Assembly: GCF_006345805.1 (NCBI RefSeq) | Contig: NC_042997.1 | Coordinates: 3,720,001 to 3,784,000, forward strand | Length of the DNA stretch: 64,000 nucleotides | Direction: 5' to 3' | Source: Octopus sinensis | Taxonomy: Eukaryota | In this document: positions 38,329 to 51,776 of the stretch, one piece after another | Layout of the letters: each line of letters opens with the position of its first letter | Position numbering within the stretch: the first letter of the stretch is position 1 | Translations under genes and position numbers: made by a program | The notes under the pieces: generated by a model | What the model was told of the DNA's origin: nothing | Databases searched by the model: none | The model's input: only the letters and a program-made list of their open reading frames with translations

Positions 38329-38339
38329 TATCCTTGTGC

Positions 38340-38620
38340 TGTCCTATCAGTGTTTTGAGCGTAGATATTAATTAAAAATAAATTTCGTGCTAGAACATGA
38401 TGATGTGAGGCGGTTGACTTGATGACAGTCGACGTGAGCATTTTTTCTTTATGTATTAGCTGGTACCATTTGGTCAATGGGTGAGACGGTGGAAGGAAAA
38501 TTCGTGTAGAACATTTGACACAATGTTTGGTGTTGAGTGTGAAGTTGGTTTCGGCGGTTAATGCGAACAGTTGACGGTTTCGAACTGACTGCAAAAATAG
38601 TGTGACAATAACAACATAAA
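38340..38620 (-). mobile_element. Possible Penelope-like element ORF remnant
   Basis: FALTAETNF..FLPPSHPLTK resembles the PFS..VKTN..FPP.H.L.KIFN linker of PLE proteins; short and frameshifted. Confidence 0.3.
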
Positions 38621-40399
38621 GAAGACGTAATGGTACCGTGAATCCGGAAGTATCAAGAGTCCAATCGAAAAAGAAAATGAGATAATAAAAGATATAATGT
38701 AATTCACTAGACAGTTGAATAAAAGTAGTGCGCATCAGAAGTTTACACTTTGCAGATATAAATGAAATAACTCTCTAAAATCTCTCTTAAGAACTGTTAA
38801 TTTATTCCATAAATGTTATTGACATCTTAATTAATCTTCTTGTATTTTGGTTACACTCTACATTTTGTTTTAGTTCCAACTTTTCGGTCTTCTTTGACAA
38901 ATGATTCCTCCGCCTACGCGGTCTTCTGCACTGTCAGTTTGACTGTTGTTACAGACTGTCGGCGTAACAATAGATGTGTGTGTGTGTGTGTGTGTGCGTA
39001 TGATGCTGAAATTGTTATGAAATTTGGTTTTGAGTATATATATGAAACATATATTACACCAGGTTGAGTAAGCAAAAGTTGAATGATATCGATATGGGAA
39101 GATAATGATAGAAAGTTTGTATTTGAGTATAAGCTAGTAGATTACGTTAGAAAACACGATGAATTGTATATCATGTGCAATTCAGTTTGTACTAGAAGAG
39201 ATAATATACACTGGTATAAATCTAAAAGTAAAAGTTGAAACCGACTGTGTATGACTGATTAGATGAAAGAATCGATTTGAAGATGGCGTGCCTCTGAAAG
39301 ATTAATGACGATAACACCGCAAAAAAATAAGCAAAAACGCAGTGTAAATATTTTTCTAGCGGTTAATGAGAGATTAGAAAATTAGGTGTCTTTGAACTTC
39401 GAAATTATGCATTTCTTCATATACTTTTCTTCCACTCAACATCAATACATCAACTCACAAAAACTAAAAAAAAACAAACAAAAGAACAACGCATCGCACT
39501 CAACAGCCCCACTGGCCACCTCAAGTCCATAATAACTGTAAGCCTCCCTCTCTAGATCCACCCACCATAACCACACAATGAACATATTCCAAGAGCGGGA
39601 AGCGTGGGATCCTATGTTTCACACCACCTCTGTGTATCCAAGTTAATTCTCTATCAATATTATTCTTTAAAATCCTAAACACTGCTTTCATACCACAGTA
39701 TAGCAACTATATGACCTATAATAAATAATATGTTGAAATATCTTCCTCTGCCATACCTAATTTGGGATCTACAAAGCCAGTCCCTGGGACCTAAAATTGG
39801 TCAAACTACACCGCACTTTAACCCACCTAGTGGCAATAATACAGCCCTCAGTAACCCCGGTTGTGAAACTCTCAATTCAATACTGATACCGATTTTACTT
39901 CTAGTTCTTTTTAACTTATACAGGTACATAGCATATTTATCTCACCAGCGGTAAGCTCCAAGCACAGAGCAGGTACGAAAACCTGCGTTTGTTAGGTTTC
40001 CCAAATCTGTCCTTTTGGATGTTTCTGTCTGGGTAAAAATGTAGTCTACAGGAGATGTGTTATAACATCACACTCTCACTATGGCAGCATCGTTGATTTC
40101 GTACAACGCTGTCGCCCACACTCGAATTCAAATCATAAATTATCTACCTCCTTAGCAACTTATATTTTCAAAAACGTTCCTTATATGCAAAAACGATCCT
40201 GGCCCATCGTAAGTAAGTTTCCTCCATGCAACGAAGACATCGGCAGGAGTAAATTACGTTTTGGAGAATCACTAACCATCCTTCGCCAGCACAGCCATTC
40301 ATTACTTAATATTTTATTAAATTTATGTAATCCTATAACTATAAGTATCCTCGAGTAAAGTCTCTAGTTCAGTGGCAGAAGGAGATTTACTAAGATGTG

Positions 40400-41250
40400 T
40401 AGAATGGTATGAGAGAAGACAGAGGAATTTGGGATGAGTTTGTGATAGACATGGCAGTGGTTAGTGTATAATTCTCGATTAAACTTGAGATACGATAAGA
40501 TGAGTGTAGCAACTTACCACCTCAACTAATAAACACCTTATTAATCTAGTCCTTCTCATTGTTACTTTTGCAATTTATTCTAACACAATACATCCCACTT
40601 CCCACATAGACCCCACGTAAGTGGTATTGTTTCCCTTCTCTAATTTCTCCTCTTCAATCAAAACACTTAATTTTGCCCCACTCAATTGGATACTAACCAG
40701 TCAACACTATCTCTTCTCTATTCACCTCCCTGCATTTTGTTCAACTCCCTATATCTATTCTCATACAATTCTGCTTACCTTAATGATCTCATTCTGCCAC
40801 TGAACTAGACATTTTACTTCCCTCATATTATTATATTCCTTTTCTCACAATCTCAACTTACAATGGTTCTACAGCTATTATACCAACATTTTAACAATCC
40901 CAACACAACAAACTACCGTTCTAAAAGTACCTACTCTACTCTCCTGTACATTTTCCTAATCTCCACTTCTAGAACTACCTCACTTAATACCATTATAATT
41001 AACTACACACACTTCTTGGACTATGTTTTCTCCCATCGCCATTCCCTGCATTAATGCCCCCAGGTAACCTCACATTCAACCCTCTACTAGAGCTTTCCAC
41101 ATTTAATCGTTTTATCTGTGAACAACTCTGCATTAACTTCTGAAATGTAAGATCTTCTCTACCATGATGACAAAGGCTCGACTTAGCAAAAGTTAATTGC
41201 ATACATACGGCCACATAGTGTGATAAACTAAATCTACAAATATTTTTATG
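40400..41250 (-). mobile_element. Possible degraded RTE-type LINE 5' region (AP endonuclease)
   Basis: RLNVESSSRG resembles the (T)LNVG..GRS start of the EN domain; downstream purine-rich coding-like decay. Confidence 0.3.
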
Positions 41251-41278
41251 GATAGCTGATTCATATTGCATGTATACA

Positions 41279-41928
41279 TCTATATCGATACATGTGTAAT
41301 GGTGTATGTTTGAGGTTACAGTAACTTCATCAAGACCGTCCAACCGATTTCAATGGTTTTTGGCATATATGTAGATCACATGCCCTGAAGTTCAAATACG
41401 GCCGGAATGCTTCGAAAATTGAATAATGCTTTGTCGGCATCAGTTTTGTGAGCTCAATCGGCGATTTGAATGAAAACTCCCATAACGATGTTATTTTTAC
41501 CTCCAGATTTTGCATTTTTTTGTCCGATTTTGATGAAAACCGATGAGTGAATTGATGGCAGTATATGGCGTTGACAACAATCGATAGTTGCACCTGAGCT
41601 GTGGATTTATAAAATCAATACATTTTTTGCGTGCAAATACCCATAGGAATTGTGTTTTTAGCCATAACTTTTACATTTTTAAATCCGATTTAATGAAATT
41701 TGAGATGTCGGTAAATTTGTTTAATTCAAAAGGGCATGAAAAGGGCCCAAATGCAAATAAACATTTCCTTATAACATTCTTATGGATTTTGTAGAAATTT
41801 TACTCGTGATTATAGTTCATGCCCGTTAGTTTATGCCAGCATGAAGAGTTGACAAATTTCAATACAAGGTCAAGGTTGAGTTTTTCTTCATCTCGGAAAA
41901 CACGAGCAACGCCGGGCCGGCCAGCTAG
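41279..41928 (+). mobile_element. Non-autonomous Helitron-like element
   Basis: Begins A|TCTATAT and ends GC-rich cacgagcaacgccgggccggccagCTAG|T; internal repeated ccgatt(t)(g/a)atgaaa motifs; no TSD. Confidence 0.65.
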
Positions 41929-42067
41929 TATATATATATTTTGGGTTTCATACCCATACTAATATATTCAATATATTTAAGATATTTAGTATATTTGATG
42001 TATATAATTTGTTTGTTCACATAACATGCCTACATATAGATATATATGTATATGTACATATATGTAT

Positions 42068-42250
42068 GGGGCTAAACGCAGAGGGGACAAACAAGGACAG
42101 ACAAAGTGTGTAACTGGTACTTAATTTATCGACCCCGAAAGGATGAAAGGCAAAGTCGGCCTCGGCGGAAATTACACACAGAACGTAACGGCAGACGAAA
42201 TAAGGCTACGCATTTCACACGGCGTGCTAACGTTTCTGCCAGCTTGCCAC
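42068..42250 (-). mobile_element. SINE family A
   Basis: ggtacttaatttatcgaccccgaaaggatgaaaggcaaagtcggcctcggcgg..ctaacgtttctgccagcttgcc. Confidence 0.85.
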
Positions 42251-42624
42251 CTTTGACATCTCCTCCAAATGGCTAGCAACGCGTTCTCCGAGTCTGATTA
42301 TTATTTGCGAAAGGAAATCATTGTTCCAATCTCTAGCCTTTGGTAATACACACAGACCCGGGTACTACCTAGAAGTCCGTGTTTGTGTATATCACGTAAG
42401 GCTAGAGATGGGAACGATGATCTTCCTTCGCAAGTACTAGTCGGATACAGAGAGTGTCGTTTGCCAGGTGGAAGAGATATCTTCCGCGGGCTATACACAA
42501 CAGTAGCATCGTCCCTTTGGGTCTGCCACATATACGCGGCAAATATACTTCACGATTCCGTGCTGCTATTGCTTAACTCTCGCTCAGAGATGTGTTATTG
42601 CTTATATGTGTGTGCATATATATA

Positions 42625-42675
<51 letters not shown>

Positions 42676-43479
42676 CAATAATAAGCTATTGCTTACTTCT
42701 CGCTCAGTTAGCCAGTTAGAGGAGATGTCTTCTTGCTTTCTGAAGCTGTAAACAAGAGTAAACTCTTCCCCTATTGGTCCACCTCATTGAGGTGACATAT
42801 ATGCTTCATGTTATATGTATATACACACACACATTTATATATTTGTGTTTCTGTTTGCAATATTTGACCATTCTGCTAAGAGAAATATCCATATGTGACC
42901 AGGGGCATAGACAAAAACAAGTATATTAAATAACATAAGACGTAAGTTTTTGCCTAATCAAAATTTTCTCCACCTCTATATCATCAGTAATATATAACGA
43001 TTGAAGATTTGTTTATTGTTATAGACGGACGTTCAGATAGTATGAAGAATAGGGTATTTTCCAAAATCATCTAAATGTCACAAATGGAAAGTACGAGCAT
43101 ATTTTCTCAAGCATGACAGTGATGGATATGTGTTTTGGTCTTAATCTCCCCCATCAACACGGTTATGTAACCCGTCTTATCTCCAGTAACCAAATGATTT
43201 AGACAGATGTAAAGAAATAGCAATTCTAGATATAAGAACACACGGTATTACATATACACACACATACACACACACACATATATATATATATCATTTACAT
43301 TTACATATATATTATTTGCATTTACATATTACGAGCAAAACACCAATGGACGGTGCTGAGTTGTCAAATCTTTTTACCAAATTTTCTCAAAAAAACATGT
43401 TCGACCGTCCCATAGGCCACCCCTTTGAGAAACACTGATTTAACCTAAATTTGAGACATCAACAAAGGAAGAAATAAAG

Positions 43480-43680
43480 ATAGGCTTTTTTTTCTATTCC
43501 AAGGAAGGTTTTATCGATCGCATTCTCACCTGGAATTGATTTTTGTAATATTTTTCAAAACTAAAAATGCCCTGATACCGTCGGTATCTGTAAATCAAAT
43601 TTGAGCACAATCGGATGGACGATGTCCGAGATCCTAAAAGACACCCAGACAGACTTAACGGATATTATATAATAGAGATA
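43480..43680 (-). mobile_element. Helitron/Helentron-associated repeat end
   Basis: aaatttgagcacaatcggatg..cagacagac..tatataatagagata, typical end structure of such repeats; short. Confidence 0.35.
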
Positions 43681-43822
43681 CATAATTTACATTTGATGGA
43701 TATTAGTACTCATCTTGTTTGCTGTTAGCAATACGTTTCACCTGATATACCCTCCAGCCTTCATGTGGAGTATTGGGGAAATTTCGAAACTGGGTTCTCG
43801 TTCCTTAGGTGTTATCGATGAT

Positions 43823-43826
<4 letters not shown>
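43680..43826 (-). mobile_element. 3' arm of the tRNA-head/(AAT)n/hammerhead element, degenerate core
   Basis: Minus strand: (aat)n..cctaaggaacgagaacccagtttcgaaatttccccaatactc CACATGA aggctg gagggtatat caggt GAAACGTA ttgctaac..aatgtaaattatg; homologous to 58795-58890 and 49594-49750. Confidence 0.8.
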
Positions 43827-43889
<63 letters not shown>

Positions 43890-44108
43890 TATTATTATTG
43901 TCATTTACTTTTAATCTGCATGTTTGATGCAATCACTTGCCGGGGCACACCCAGCACCCTAGGGCAAGTAAAGGTTAAGAGTTGTTAAAATATAGCTGAA
44001 AGCTTGGGGAGGGGAAGTAGAGAAATAACTCTTATTATTATTATTATTATTATTATTATATTATTATTATTATTATTATATTATTATTATTATTATTATA
44101 TTATTATT

Positions 44109-44219
44109 CAGTAGTTTTATTTTTATAGCGTGCTTTCACTTCACTACCGAGCGCAGCTCTGTGTGCCTTGGGTATGTGCTGTGATTTGTTGTGATGCTCT
44201 GATGGTTATTGTATGGAAA

Positions 44220-44264
<45 letters not shown>

Positions 44265-44270
44265 ATAATA

Positions 44271-44333
<63 letters not shown>

Positions 44334-44799
44334 TAGTTTTATTTTTATAGCGTGCTTTCACTTCACTACCGAGCGCAGCTCTGTGTGCCTTGGGTATGTG
44401 CTGTGATTTGTTGTGATGCTCTGATGGTTATTGTATGGAAAGTGTTCTGCGTAGGATGTGTGCAGTGCCTAGTAGTGCAATTTTCTGTATGTTATATGTG
44501 TTTGTAAGTCCTGGTGTTTTTGTTATGTATTTGTCTGAATATGTTTTTATCATGCCTAATGCACCTACTATGATAGGAATTGTTTCTGTTTTCAGGTTCC
44601 ACATTTTAGTTACCTCTATTTCCAGGTCTTTGTATTTTGAGAGTTTCTCCATTTCTTTTAGAGACACGTTGTCATCTGCCGGTATTGATACATCAATTAG
44701 AAAGCATTTTTTTCTTCATGATCTCTGACAACTATATCTGGTCTGTTGGCCTTAATTTCTCTATCTTATTATTATTATTATTATATTATTATTATATTA

Positions 44800-44860
<61 letters not shown>

Positions 44861-45292
44861 TAGTTTTATTTTTATAGCGTGCTTTCACTTCACTACCGAG
44901 CGCAGCTCTGTGTGCCTTGGGTATGTGCTGTGATTTGTTGTGATGCTCTGATGGTTATTGTATGGAAAGTGTTCTGCGTAGGATGTGTGCAGTGCCTAGT
45001 AGTGCAATTTTCTGTATGTTATATGTGTTTGTAAGTCCTGGTGTTTTTGTTATGTATTTGTCTGAATATGTTTTTATCATGCCTAATGCACCTACTATGA
45101 TAGGAATTGTTTCTGTTTTCAGGTTCCACATTTTAGTTACCTCTATTTCCAGGTCTTTGTATTTTGAGAGTTTCTCCATTTCTTTTAGAGACACGTTGTC
45201 ATCTGCCGGTATTGATACATCAATTAGAAAGCATTTTTTTCTTCATGATCTCTGACAACTATATCTGGTCTGTTGGCCTTAATTTCTCTATC
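44109..45292 (-). mobile_element. Three tandem family A LINE 3' fragments (44109-44220, 44331-44765, 44858-45292) separated by (ATT)n
   Basis: The two 435-bp pieces give identical 79-aa ORFs and share the same 5' breakpoint; period 527 bp. Confidence 0.93.
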
Positions 45293-45359
<67 letters not shown>

Positions 45360-45366
45360 CATCGTT

Positions 45367-48300
45367 CAGTAGTTTTATTTTTATAACGTGCTTTCACTTC
45401 ACTACCGAGCGCAGCTCTGTGTGCCTTGGGTATGTGCTGTGATTTGTCGTGATGCTCTGATGGTTACTGTATTGAAAGCGTTCTGCGTAGGATATGTGCA
45501 GTGCCTAGTAGTGCAATTTTCTGTATGTTATATGTGTTTGTAAGTTCTGGTGTTTTTGTTCTATATTTGTCTGAATATTTTTTTATCATGCCTAATGCAC
45601 CTACTATGATAGGAATTGTTTCTGTTTTTAGATTCCACATTCTGGTTACCTCTATTTCCAGGTCTTTGTATTTTGAAAGTTTTTCCATTTCTTTTAGAGA
45701 CACGTTGTCATCTGCTGGTATTGATACATCAATTAGAAAGCATTTTTTTTCTTCATGATCTCTGACTACCATATCTAGTCTGTTGGCCTTAATTTCTCTA
45801 TCTGTGTGTATTGGCATATCCCAGAGTATGGTTGCTTTCTCGTCTTCTGTGACCGTTTCTTGTGTGTGTCTAAACCACATTTTTCTGTTGTATTTCCCTA
45901 ATGTTGTCTGTGAATATATTCCTTCTTATCCAGGACTGGGCAGGCAGAGATGATAAGATTTATTGTTTCTTGTCCATCTCCACATATTCTGCAGTTACTT
46001 GTAATATTTCTTTTCATTACATGTTTTTGGTAATTTCTGGTGGGGAGGCTTTGGTCTTTTGCTGCAATTAAAAATCCCTCTGTCTGTGCTTTAAGTCCTG
46101 AGCTTCTCAACCATTGCTGGGATTTTTCTTTCTCTATTTATTTTGCATTTAGTTTAGTCCAGTACTTGCCATGAAGGAGTTTTTCTTGCCATCGTTTTAT
46201 CATGGTCCGTTGCTGTTCTAGTTTTAGTTTTGATTCCATTTGCTTTATATCTTTTGTTGTGTTTTTTTCTTCTTCTTCTTCTTCTTCTTCTTCTTCTTCT
46301 TCTTCTTCTTCTTCTTCTTCTTCTTCTTCTTCTTCTTCTTCTTCTTCTTCTTTTCTTCTTCTTCTTCTTCTTCTTTTTCTTCTTCTTCTTCTTCTTCTTC
46401 TTCATATTTGTTAAGTGGTATGATTTGTTGTTCGTATTTGTGAGCTTCCTTAAATACTGAGAACAATTATTTGTTTTGCTCGTGTTTTGCGCTATTTGTA
46501 TCAGTTTTCCTTTTCTGAAGTAGGTATATTTGCAGTTCTGTGGTGGTTATTTTATAGTAGTTTTCCAGCTTTATAAGGTCCCTACCACCTACTATACGAT
46601 GTATATACTGCCATTCTTTGTAGGTTTTTGTGTGATGCATCATAGATCCTGTCATTATTTTTCTTGTTTCCCTATCTATTTTGGTTATTTCATTTAGCAT
46701 CCAGTTAAGGATATTGTAGCAGTAACTTATAACTGGGACGCCTAAAGTGTTGATACCTATAATCTTGTTTTTAGCATTGATCTCTGTTTTCAGTATTGAT
46801 CTAACTCGTCTATATTATTCTGTTTTATTTTCTCTTTCATTTGTGTTTGTTGTGTCTTATCTAATTCATGGATTCCTAAGTATTTGTAAGTTTGGCTTTG
46901 GTCTAATTATTTTATTTCATTGATTTTATCTAGTGTGATAATTTTTGGTCATCCATATATTAAATGTGGCTGATCGTTTTGCCGTAACATTTATATCAGC
47001 ATCCAGTTCTATTTAGCATATCAGATAGAGGTGACAGTGCCAAGCAGAAAAGGAGTGGAGAGAGCTTGTCTCCCTGGAATATTCCTCTTCTAATGGGGTT
47101 GGCTTTGATTTTCACGAGTCCCACTTTTGTTTGGAGCAGTAGCACTATTTGCCATTTATTCGTATAGTGTCCTATTTATTTTATAATTTTTGGTGCTACT
47201 TTGTGGGGGATGCTATCAAACGCCTTTCTGTAGTCGATCCAGGCCATACTGAGGCGTTTTTTCTTTCTGAGGCTGTCTTCAGTTATGGCTTTATTGATCA
47301 TTAGTTCATCTTTACATCCATATGAGCTTTTGCTGCATACTTCCTGCTCTTCTGGAAACAGGTTGTTTTCGTCCAGTTGCTTGTTTAATCTTTGTGATAT
47401 TACTGCAGTGAAGGCTTTGTACATTGTAGGGTGACAGGTTATAGGTGTCTAGTTTCTGGTTTTGCTGTCTCATTGGATTTGGGGATTAAGATGTTTTTTT
47501 ACCTTCGTGAGTCATTATGCATTGTCTCTTGCTCTGCTAGTATGTTGTAAAAGTTTTCAGCCAGCTTTTTGTGCATTCCCGACAGATATTTCGACCAGAG
47601 GTGGAGATCATGTCATGCCCAGGTGCCTTCCAGTTGCTCAGTCTTTGCAGTGCCTGGTTGACCTCTTCAGTTGTTATGGGGGTCCAAATTTGTTCAGATG
47701 CTGAGTTTGTTGTTTTAATACTCCTTTTTTTGGTTCTTCTTTCGCAGACCATATTTCTCTCCAGAAATATTCCACTTCTTTAGCCGTTGGTGCTGCAGTG
47801 ATTCTTATTTTATTTTTGCCAAGTTCTTGGTAGAACTTTCTGGGGTTGGAATTGAAGTGTTTGTTTTGTTCAAAGAAACGTTGGTGTTTCTCAAACAGGC
47901 GGATTCTTTGTGCTTTGGCAATGATATCTTGCTTTAGCTTTTCTTTTATATCAGGTGAATCTTTTTCTGTGATGTATTTGCATAGTATTTTTGTTTTCTT
48001 TTTGTTGCTTAGTAGCGTAGATTGTCTACTGATTTCATTAAGATTCGACAGACTTTTTCTCATTTTTTGTCTTTTTTGGGTGGATGTTATTTTTTCGACA
48101 GGGTTTGTTTGGGTGGTGCTACTCCTCTTTGGATAGGTTTGAGTGAGTATCCATCTTATGTTGTGGCTGCGGTGGCTGCTGCATAGACTAAGTTATTTAG
48201 CTCAGTGATATCGCTATTTGTTTCAGTGGCTATTAGTTCTGTGACGGCTAGGTTTATGCTATTTATAATTGATGTTGTTTTTTTTTCTCTATTTAATTTT

Positions 48301-49354
48301 TGGGAGGTATGGTCAATGGTCCATTTTGAGATCTGTGTTTTTCAGTCCTTGATTATTCTACTTTTTATGGTATCATAATCATTACGCTCCCCTTAGTTGT
48401 TTCCAGGTTTTAGATTGGTGCCGCTTTCTTTCTCATTGGTATGTCTGTCTGTCGTACTTTAGCTTGCTGCTTGTTGTGCATTATTATGCACACTTACGGT
48501 CTGGGTTTGTTGTTTTTTGTTTACATCGTTTTTGTTGGAAACTTTACGTTTGTCTTCGTGTTTTATTATCTCATTGTTTGTAATATTTGACATTGTTGTG
48601 TGGCTTCTATCTACATTTTCCTGATGTATTTTTTTCTTTTAAATGTTCTATTTCTATTTCTGATAATATTTGCGTTGAGAATATATCTTCGTACGTTAGC
48701 TAGTTTATTAGGATTCATTGCTGTATCCAAGTGTTTGTTTATGTTATTTTTCTTCCATATTTTATATGTATATGTTGTTGATTTTTCGTTCTTTGGGTAG
48801 AGCACTGCTGTGAAGTAAGCGTGTAGGATTGAAATGTATTCTTCACGTGTCCATTTATGAGTTTGGGTTTCATTTGCGGGACATGAGGAACAAAATCCGG
48901 CCCATTATTTTGACGGTCGTCATTTTCGTAGGGTACCGGTCCGTTCATTTCTGTTGTCACATTGTTTTGCACGTTTAGTTTTTCGTACTTTTTGTGTAAC
49001 AAATTTAAAGTACGCACTTCCCGATTGTTATTCTTGGGTTGTATAATATCGGTATTATTTAATTTATTCGTAGTTTTTTCGTACATGGTGTGTGGGGCCG
49101 GAGATGTTCTGTTGTTGATGGATCGTAATGTATCAAGCATATTTACATGGTTGGAGATGATATCGAGCTAAAATACATAATTTCGTTTGGAAAATAGCAA
49201 TAAATTTCAATGAGTATTACTTACTCCGATATAGTCCAATCCTTTGTCAGTTATTTTTTGGCTCCATGCGATGTCTTTGTTTCCGATGTTTGTGGATAGA
49301 TTTCGGAGCACTGTTTTATCGTTCTCACATGTTAAACGTCCCCCGGTGTTCTCT
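45367..49354 (-). mobile_element. Full-length (~3.99 kb) R4/Dong-like LINE family A, inactivated
   Basis: 5' end agagaacaccggggg after (TAA)n; NWKAPGHD, AWIDYRKAFDSIPH, CRICGDGQETINLIISAC, RLDMVVRD..EKLSKYKDLEI; multiple stops/frameshifts. Confidence 0.93.
46268..46403. repeat. (GAA)n tract (TTC on plus) inside family A ORF
   Basis: Direct reading; follows aacaaatat (NKY) on minus strand, same site as 22530. Confidence 0.95.
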
Positions 49355-49593
<239 letters not shown>

Positions 49594-49594
<1 letters not shown>

Positions 49595-49750
49595 TCGAAA
49601 TATATTTTAAGAATGAGAACGCAGCTTCGAAATTTCCCCAAGACATATGATGAAGGCTGTAGAGTATAGCAGCCGTAAGCTTGTGCTAACAAATGCGATG
49701 AGGGCAAATAACCGGGAAATGTAGATAATGTAAATAACGTACATAATTCC
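49594..49750 (+). mobile_element. 3' arm of the tRNA-head/(AAT)n/hammerhead element, degenerate core
   Basis: gaatgagaacgcagcttcgaaatttccccaagacat ATGATGA aggctg tagagtatag cagcc GTAAGCTT gtgctaac..., ending in ~9-bp tandem tail aatgtagataatgtaaataacgtacataa. Confidence 0.8.
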
Positions 49751-49766
49751 TCATCTCATAAAAACA

Positions 49767-49842
<76 letters not shown>

Positions 49843-50711
49843 GAGAATGAGAGAGACGGACAGACAGATAGACAGAGAGAGAGAGACAGAATTATTCCTT
49901 CGCAATATCTTACAACAAATCATCGTTACAAAATTCCAACACTTCCGAATCGGTGTGTTTACACGTATGCTTTTATAATACAGTGACGCATGTGCATACA
50001 CTGATACACAAATGCTTACATAATCAGTACATTCTGGAGTTGCTCATTAAACATAGAGTGATTTATATAGCTCCCATTCCAGCTCATTCACACTTATGCA
50101 CAAATATCCAATTTATACATAATTCTCCCCTGTTGATTTTGCACGCATGAAACCTCACACTTTCTCTATTGATCTCCGTCGATTTCAAAGTGGCCTTATA
50201 CAGATGAAACGTGTTTTTATTATTCATTCTTTCCTTTCTTCCTTTGAACATTTTCGTTTATCAAATTAACTCTGTGAAGAAATGCTTAATTTTGAAGGTC
50301 AAAGACACATCTAACTTCCTTATTGCTCATTAACCACCAAACAAATATTTGCACTGCGTTTTTGCTTATCTTTCTGTGGCATTATTATCATTAAACTTTA
50401 AATTATATCTACATCGTCACGCCATCTTCCAATCGATTTCTTCATCTTTTCATTGATAAAAAGCCACTATCAACCCTTACTTTTGGATTTATACCATTGT
50501 ACGTTACCGTTTCAAGTACAGATCGGATGGCACACGATATATTATTCATTGTGTTTCTTAACGTAGCCTACTAGCTTATCATAAAATCCAAGCTTTCCAC
50601 CAATATCCGTGTCGATAAAATTCTGGCTTCGTTTACCCCACATGGAAATATAATACTATACGTTTCATACAAAGTCTCAAACGGTTGTCATTCACCTTTT
50701 TGAAGAAGCAA

Positions 50712-50843
<132 letters not shown>

Positions 50844-51034
50844 AGAGTGCAATTGTTATCTAGTGAAAGATCTTTCAACATCTTGTGTGTCTTCAACTGG
50901 TCCCAAAAATAAATTTGTCAATCTACTTCATTTTGGTTAATATATAAAGAATTGAGGTAACTCACCCTGCATATATGTATATATATGTATGCATTGTGTG
51001 TGTGCGTGTGTGTATATATATGTATATATAGGTA

Positions 51035-51071
<37 letters not shown>

Positions 51072-51151
51072 GTATGTATATATATGTCTGCATATATATG
51101 TATATATATAAGTATGTATATATATATGTGCGTGTATGTATATATATATAG

Positions 51152-51209
<58 letters not shown>

Positions 51210-51654
51210 TCATACATACATACTTGCTCTGGCTACTGGAAATGAAATTATCACGACATTTAGGGAAGGTAGGTTTACAGAGGACGTGGGCCAAAAGTAC
51301 GTACCCTTCCCTTCCATTGGTCAGTTGAAGGTTAGACAGTGTCACGTGGCACTTAGATGGTGCTGTCTGCAGGAGCGTACCGGCGAATATTTAAATAGAA
51401 ATTTGGCAGGAAGGTCATTTGTCTATTGACATTATTTGATACAGAATTGAGGAAAAGAATCAACAAAAGAAAAATGGATAAAGACAAAACGTACTTAGCA
51501 CCATAGCTGAAGACACCTCCGAAGGAAGAGGGGACTTCGAAAAGGGTAAACGAGTAGGGGCCGAGTCGTTCGTGGTTCATCCTGATGATGTCTATAGCCA
51601 CTGGATCCTATATAGGAGCTCTGAGTTAGCGAACCTAGAAAGTGGTTGGAATTT

Positions 51655-51696
<42 letters not shown>

Positions 51697-51776
51697 TGTG
51701 TGTGTGTGTGTGTGCATGTGTGTGCATGTGTGTGCATGTGTGTGTGCATGTTTATATATGTGTGTATGTTTATATA

